DNA of 57,024 bases, the filler included, from Sphacelaria rigidula (Eukaryota): NCBI GenBank assembly GCA_964200075.2. It is 7 parts of 7 records of this genome, joined end to end, with 100 filler letters (N's around TTAATTAATTAA, not from the genome) between each part and the next. Parts side by side here need not be neighbours in the genome. Positions count along the whole stretch, not along the records: positions 48,965 to 57,024 come from CAXNAA020012456.1; 6 more parts are not named here. The stretch is one strand, 5' to 3'. This document shows, in pieces, positions 50,318 through 57,024 of the stretch (its first letter is position 1; every line of letters begins with the position of its first letter). A program made the translations under genes and the position numbers. The notes under the pieces were generated by a model. It ran no database searches. It had not been told where the DNA came from and worked only from the letters and a program-made list of their open reading frames with translations.

Positions 50318-52947
50318 TTTACCGACTAAAACATGAAAAATAGAAGCCGGCACATCATGACGAAAAAACGCATGTATGGCAGAGCAAAAGCAGCAGCATA
50401 GACAGGAAAAGGGAACGACATGCGGGCAAGATCACAACATGCTTCCGGTGTGCGCCGAGGTTGGACGGAGAGTCTTTTCGCGATTCAATTTTCAAGTGAC
50501 CTGTAAAGGTAAGAGGTGGCATCTCCGACGGTCAAAGGGTCACAATGAGACCCCGTTTCACCGTATTCTAAATGCAAGTGAAAAAGTGCCCCTGTCTCAG
50601 AGCCTCTGGGAACGATTCTGACAGTCCTGTGTGCAGTGTGACATGGGCGCACGAAGGGACCGCCGCCATGGCGAGGAAAGAAGGCGGAAAACAACATGCA
50701 GAGCACTGTCGTGGGAGCGATGCTCCCGAAACCTCCTGAAGGGGAATCATGCAATGCTGCTTTGTCGGAGCTTGAGAGAACGAAATGACCCCGTTCGCTG
50801 TACTCTAAAATCAAGTGTGAGCAAATGCTGGCCTCTCAGAGCTTCTGAGGACGACCGAATGACACCGTGTCGCCGTACTCTAAAATCAAGTGTGAGCAAA
50901 TGCTGGCCTCTCAGAGCTTGTGGGAAAGCCATTCAGCCGTACTCTAAAACCAAGTGAAAAAAGTGCACCTTCATCCAAGGCTCTTCAACGGCGAAAAAGA
51001 TAAATGAAGTAATTGCTACAAGGTTTTTGGCGCTTCGTGCCACCGCTCAATGAAGCGATTGCCAAGGCGAAGGTTAACCGTTGGCCGCGAGGGTAGGTCA
51101 CCTGCTGAATCGGCATCAATAATCACTTGAAAAAATTATGCGTGATCAAGATGGGAGTGATGCTACGGTAGGGTTGCACTTTTTGAGCGAAAATGTTTCT
51201 TGGGGTGTTACAAGCATCGTTTGAGAATCGGCATCATTTTCACTTTTCAAAGACTGAAAATGATGCCGATTCACGAAGAAAAGGCCCCTGTGTGCATCTC
51301 CATGTCCTGTCCCCGGAGATTTGGGTTGCACAGTAAGCCCCATATATCTGGACTCCTACAAAAACGAGACCCAGAAACAAGAAGTGCAACCCCTATCGTA
51401 GCATTGGTCATGGACTACCTGCATCGCGGTTTGAGGGTTGATGAGATGGGCATCAGCCGTCGCCCACATACAGGAGTGGTTTGAGGCGAGGATATAATTG
51501 AGAGATGACCCTTTCGACATTTAGATATTCTCTTTTTTTGTCGTTCTTTACTTTCGAACATCATCGACTACGATAAAACCCGACCGAAAAATAATCGAAA
51601 CGGGGCAAAAGGCACTTATCTTGCACAACCAAAAATGTAGCCGTGAAGCTCCACCCAGTCTACATCCGAGAAATCAACGCAAAATGAACTCATTTACCAT
51701 TCAAACAACTATAAAACCCGAATGAATGAAGAATCGAAAGTAGGCAGAAGACACTGATGCTGAAGAAGCAAAAATTAACCGTGAATCTCCACCCTTCCTC
51801 CGTCTGGGATATCTGCGCAAAATGAACTCATTTCAACCTTCAAACATTGACAAAACTCGACCGAAAAATTGCAGTTCCGAAATGCCCCTCCACGGGGCCC
51901 GAGATGTTTCTGGAGTAGCTTGCCACTCTTACGGCAACAAATCTTGATATTCTTCAGACTTGAAATTCGCAAACTCAAAATCGGGGGGACCGTTTTATGG
52001 TACAGACAGTATCACAGATTTGCAAAACAGTTCTGTACTCAGACGGTCATTTCCTGGATGATGAATGTGGTACTGCGTACTCGTGCAGGAAGCCGACGAG
52101 CAGGCAGGCGATGACTAATCCTTCAAGTACAATGTCGTACCTTGTTTCCCTAAAGTAATACAGTGCAAGACCCTCCATCATTACAGTGCATGACAATGCC
52201 GTGAGGTAGTACATGACGGCACAGTCGGTATCATGAGAAAGTGAACAATCATTCCGCGAGAAGAGTTCAGTACTGCCGTGCCACACATCACTCCTCAAGT
52301 ACAGCGACAACAGACGAGGAGAGCACAGTACCGTTTGTTATAATAGTGATACATCTGGCAGCGCAGCGCAGCATCAAGTAGTACCATCGGCGCAGGGTAC
52401 GGCGTCAGCATTTATTATCAATTTGTCAAACGCCGTGCAAAGCTGCTTCAGCAGCTGGTGCGGGCAGGCACGCCCTGCGCTGTTACGAAACTGTCTTCTG
52501 CTGCGATTGCGAAAGTATCAAACGCCTCCTACCCTACCATTGTACGTCAATGCATCTACGTCACCTTCTCAAACTCGGGGGGAGTCACGATCTCGGAATG
52601 ATCTCCGGGTCTTTTTCTAAAATCGGGAGAAATTGTACTGAGATCGCGACACCCCGATCTTTTCTCCCCCGATGTTGTCCAGAAGATGCGTTCATCCCCC
52701 TTTGTCCCCTCCCCGATGTTCAAAATAATCGAGATTGGTGAATGCTATAAAAAACGATGGTCTGAAGCTCTTGATATCCCTGAGTAAGATATCGACGTGT
52801 AGCTGTAAGCACACGCCAGTGATGCAGGCAAAGAAAAGCACACGCGAAATGAATGATTGGCAGCGAATGGTAGAATCCCCTCTCCATCAACGCCTTACTC
52901 TCAATCTCACGAAAACATTGTTACCTGCCGCTAACACACGATTGTGG

Positions 52948-53158
52948 TGTAATGCGTGAGAGTGCCGCGTGCTTAGAGGACCGCGCCGTAGTTCAAAACA
53001 CCTCAAGATCGACGTTTTTCAAAACCAATCGGTCCAGTCCCTGCAGGCACTACGCCCCTGACCATAGCCCCAACACTAACCCTGACCCTAACCCTAACCA
53101 TGGGGATATTCAAATTCCGATGCGATCCTCTAAGCACGCGGTCCTCTCACGCATTACA
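52948..53158. mobile_element. 211-bp MITE with TGT...ACA termini, 33-bp TIRs, GTGG 4-bp TSD and an internal CCCTAA-like tract
   Basis: TGTAATGCGTGAGAGTGCCGCGTGCTTAGAGGA / TCCTCTAAGCACGCGGTCCTCTCACGCATTACA (2 mismatches). GTGG at 52944-52947 and 53159-53162. CTAACCCTGACCCTAACCCTAACC at ~53076-53099. Confidence 0.88.
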
Positions 53159-53189
53159 GTGGGGTAGAAGGTCCCAAAGAAATTAGATT

Positions 53190-54800
53190 GCGAGGAGGGT
53201 AGTCCATCTAGATCACGCTTACTTTTCAAGGGGAATCGATGCCGATTCAACAGGTGACCTATTTTTGCCGTCCAAGGGTTAACCCTTGGACCGCAATCAA
53301 CGCCCGCCTACTCTCAATCTCACGAAAACATTGTTACCTGCCATTAACACACGATTGTGAGGCAAAAGGTCCCAAAAGGGACCGCGAGGAGGGCAGTCCA
53401 TCTGGATCACGCATACTTTTTCAAGTGGAATTGATGCCGATTCAACAGATGATCTACTCTTGCCCTCCAGGGTTAACCCTTGGACCGCGATGCGGGGTAG
53501 TCCACCTGGATCACGCATACTTTTTCAAGTGGAATTGATGCCGATTCAGCATATGACCTACCCGCGCGATTAACCCGTAGACCGCGAGATTAGTCTTTCT
53601 GGACCATGCATCGTTCTTTTCAGTTGAAATTGATGCCGATTCACCAGAAGACCAACCTCGCGGTCTAACGGTTAAAGGGCCGCGGTGCGGGTAGTCCATC
53701 TGCATCATGCATACTTTTGTCAAGTGAATATTGATGCCGATTCAGCAGGTGACCTATTCTCGCGGTCTAAGGGTTAACCCTTGGACAGCGAGAGCAGGTC
53801 ATCTGTTGTATCGGCATCAATTTCACCTCAAACAAGTATGCATAGTCCAGATGGACTACGTTCGCGGTCTAGGACTTGACCCTGACACCGTAATGGTAGT
53901 CCGTCTGGATTATGCATTTTTTTTCCAAGTGAAAATGATGCCGGCTCAACAGGTCAGTCTGCCGGTAAATCCCTTCAGCGCCGCAGGTGTTCATGTGCGG
54001 AATCGGCATCATTTTCACTCGAAAAGGGCCGGAAAATGATGCCGATTCCACAAACAAATGAACATCTCCTCCGGGTCGGAGGGTATGTATCTACGCCATA
54101 GAACAAAGCACTCTCTGCCTACGGAGCGATAGAACACCCTCGCTGCCCGAGTGTTCGAGGTTTGCCTTTCTCGGGGTACGGCTGGAGTTAGTGTTGAAGT
54201 GCAGTTGGGTCAGTCTATAAAAGACGCGGGTATCGAGAAGAACCTGGACCACTGGAGGTGTCCATTTCTTGACGGCATCAATTGATTAATGTGTGAAATC
54301 GGCATCATTTTCATCAAAGCGCCGAAGGTGTTTCGTGTGGAATCGGCATCATTTTTACTCGAAAAGGGCATGAAAATGATGCCGATTCCACAAATGAATG
54401 AACACCTCCACTGGGTCGGAGGGTTCGTACCTACGCTGTAGAACAAAACACTCTTTGCCTACGGTGCGATAGAACATCCTCGCTGCCCGAGTGTTCGAGG
54501 TCTGCCTTTTATCGGGTTACGGCTGGGGTTAGTGTTGAAGTGCAGTTGCGTCAGTCTGTAAAATATGCGGATATTGAGAAGAACGGGGCCGATAAAAATC
54601 CCGCTGCCCGAGTCTCCAAGATCCACCTTTGATGGGTTATGGCTGGAGTTCGTGTTGAAGTGCAGTTGGGGCAATCAATAAAATACGCGGATATTGTGAA
54701 GAAGGGGGCTGATAACGAAGTGAAGCCTTGGACCGCCGGAAGTGTCCGTTTGCTGACGGCATCAAAAGAATTAATTTCTGAAATCGGCATCGTTTTCAAT
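53190..54800. repeat. Complex repeat built on a GATGCCGATTC motif: ~100-110-bp degenerate units (53190-53960) followed by a 340-bp tandem duplication (53999/54339)
   Basis: Many GATGCCGATTC / GAATCGGCATC copies in both orientations. The same motif occurs at ~48830-48862 and ~51075-51275. Confidence 0.8.
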
Positions 54801-56280
54801 ATATCAAGCCCTGCGTTCAAGCGCTCGGCCGGAACGATCTCAGTCGAGGCATATGTACTAGCGGTAATATTCAAGTACGTAATGATCGTGCGACTGACAC
54901 CGCAACGCTCAGCGAGAAGAAGGTCGCAGCCATAGCGAAATATATCTATATACACTACCCTAGGGTGTACGGGGCACCTTCGCGCCAGGCGCGGCACGCG
55001 GTGAGCTCCAACCAAACACACTGCTGCAGAAAGGAGGCAATGTTGGGTAGTGGTGGAAAAATAGAGGGGTAGATGTGGCCAACAGCGAGAGAGGTGCGGA
55101 CGGCCGGAACGGAGACTCGAGACGGGCTAAAGACAAAAGGAAAATATTTATTTTCAAGTCCATAAGAAAGAAAACGGAAGAAAAAGCTGTAGTGATTGAT
55201 CACAGAGAAACGGAAGAATCAAATATTGCGAAACGGGGGTTAAACGGCTGGAAACACCACCGGTCCCAGAGTAAATTCCGCGCAAGCGGCTGGCGAAGTC
55301 ACTCGTGAGGTGGTGCCGAAATAGCAAAGAAAAGAGTATGATAATCTGAGAGAGGTAGAGTAGTCAGTGGTCGAAGTGGCGGAAAGAGTGAAGAATTCCG
55401 AGAGAGAGGTTGAGTAGTCAGTGGTGCCGAAGTCGTAGAAAATTGTGAAATTCCGAATGAAGGAAATTCCGCGACGAAAGCGCAAATTCCCAAAAGTAAA
55501 CAGGAGGTGCGGTTCATCACAGAGAAACGGAATAATGAAATACTGGCCGCTGGTGAGTCGGACTCCGGAGGAATGGTGCGCCGTCAGGCCCCGTGATTGT
55601 TGCACCTGCGTTCAGAGACCCGGAATGCGGAAAAATTTGATGAATAAGAATAATACAAGGTTTTTGGCGCTTCGCGCTCCCGCTCGATGGAGCGTTACTC
55701 AAGGCAAAGGATGATGTGGAATGTTGCAACCGACATCCGCCGTCGCCCACATACAGGAGTGCTTAGAGGCGAAGATAAGATCCAGAGATAACTCGTTCTC
55801 TTCTTTTTGCCTCTTTGAACTTTCAAACATCGTCGACGACGATCAAACCTGACCAAAAAAGAGCCGGAAGGAGGCAGAAGACTCTGGTCCGGCACAACTA
55901 AAAAAAACCGTGAAGCTCCACCCATTCTCCGTCCGAGAAATCCACGCGAAATGAACGTATTTAAGCTTTAAAAAACGACAAATCCTGAACGAGAATCAAG
56001 AATCGAAACGAGGCAGAAGACACTGATTGTACAGAACTAAAGAATAACCGTCATTCTCCACCCATCCTCCGCGTCTCAGATATCTGCCCAAAATGAACTC
56101 ATTTCAACCTTCGAACATGGACAAAACTCGACCGAAGACAAAGAATCTTAGCGACGCAGAAGACACTGATCCTGCAGAACCAATAATTACCTATGAAGGA
56201 ATATGAGAGCATCGACAGTATGAAGAAAAATGTAGAAATCATTGTTGCCCGTCAATGGCTGCGCTGCCACGAGAAACACC

Positions 56281-56567
56281 GTTTTCGTGAGATTGAGAGT
56301 AGAGCGCTGATTGAGAGTGACTTTGATTATTCGCTGTAACTTACACATTATTTCATTCCGTGTGTGCTTCTCTTTGCCTCTATCATTGGCGTGTGCTTAC
56401 AGATACACGTCGATATCCTACTCAGGGATATCAAAGGTCTCAGTGGCAAGCTACCACAGTAAACAGATTGGACCTCGTGGAGGGGCATTTCGGAACTGAA
56501 ACGATTTATTCACTAATCGACCGCTTTTCGCACTCTCACTCGTATCCTTTACTCTCAATCTCACGAA
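56281..56567. mobile_element. Second copy of the 49888-50190 MITE, opposite orientation
   Basis: GTTTTCGTGAGATTGAGAGTA ... TACTCTCAATCTCACGAA. The interior is reverse-complement similar to 49920-50160. Confidence 0.8.
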
Positions 56568-57024
56568 GTCGTTGTTGAGGCTGTCTTCTGCTGCGATTGC
56601 GAAAGTATCAAACGTCTCCTACCCTACCATTGTACGTCAATGCACGTACGCCATCTCCTCAAAATCGGGAGGAGTCGCGATCTCGGACTGATCTCCCGAT
56701 CTTTTTAAAACAAATCGGGAAAAATCGTTCTGAGATCGCAACACCCCGATATTCTCGGGCCCCCGATTTGGTCCATGAAATGCGTTCCCCGATTTTTTTC
56801 CCCCCCGATGTGAAAAAAATTGAGATTGGTGACCGTCATGAACAAAAAAAGTTGATTGATTGACTATCTCACATGAGATTAGCTGATTGCAACAACCCAG
56901 CCCGTGGTCAGGAGCAGCAAAAAAAACAGAATAATGAAAGAAAAAGGGCAATGGCCTAGGAAAGGTATACCTTCTCGTGTTTTGCCTAGGAAATGTACGA
57001 AAAATGGCCAGAAACGCGAAAACA

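Overview
Eukaryotic, intron-rich, repeat-rich nuclear DNA, most likely from a brown alga (Phaeophyceae; inferred from gene structure, repeat style and TTAGGG-type motifs, not from a database search). The window is not a contiguous locus. It is seven contigs of 8061, 8061, 8061, 8061, 8060, 8060 and 8060 bp, apparently length-sorted, joined by identical 100-bp N44-TTAATTAATTAA-N44 linkers, so adjacency across linkers means nothing. Supported genes are all partial: (1) a multi-exon, low-complexity protein with recurring RRxT[AD]-hydrophobic motifs (possible KNL1/Spc105-like scaffold, contig 1); (2) the Lys-rich first exon of a minus-strand gene, head-to-head with (3) a GT2 glycosyltransferase resembling the fungal Cps1 / hyaluronan-synthase-like group (contig 4); and (4) a J-domain (DnaJ) gene (contig 5). 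The rest is mostly mobile or repetitive DNA: a decayed APE+RT LINE, a truncated RTE-like LINE, a CCHC-knuckle remnant, tRNA-derived SINE-like copies, several MITEs (one with TGT..ACA ends, a 4-bp TSD, an internal telomere-like tract and an empty-site paralog nearby) and tandem arrays. I found no CRISPR array, rRNA, intact tRNA or clearly novel multi-gene system.
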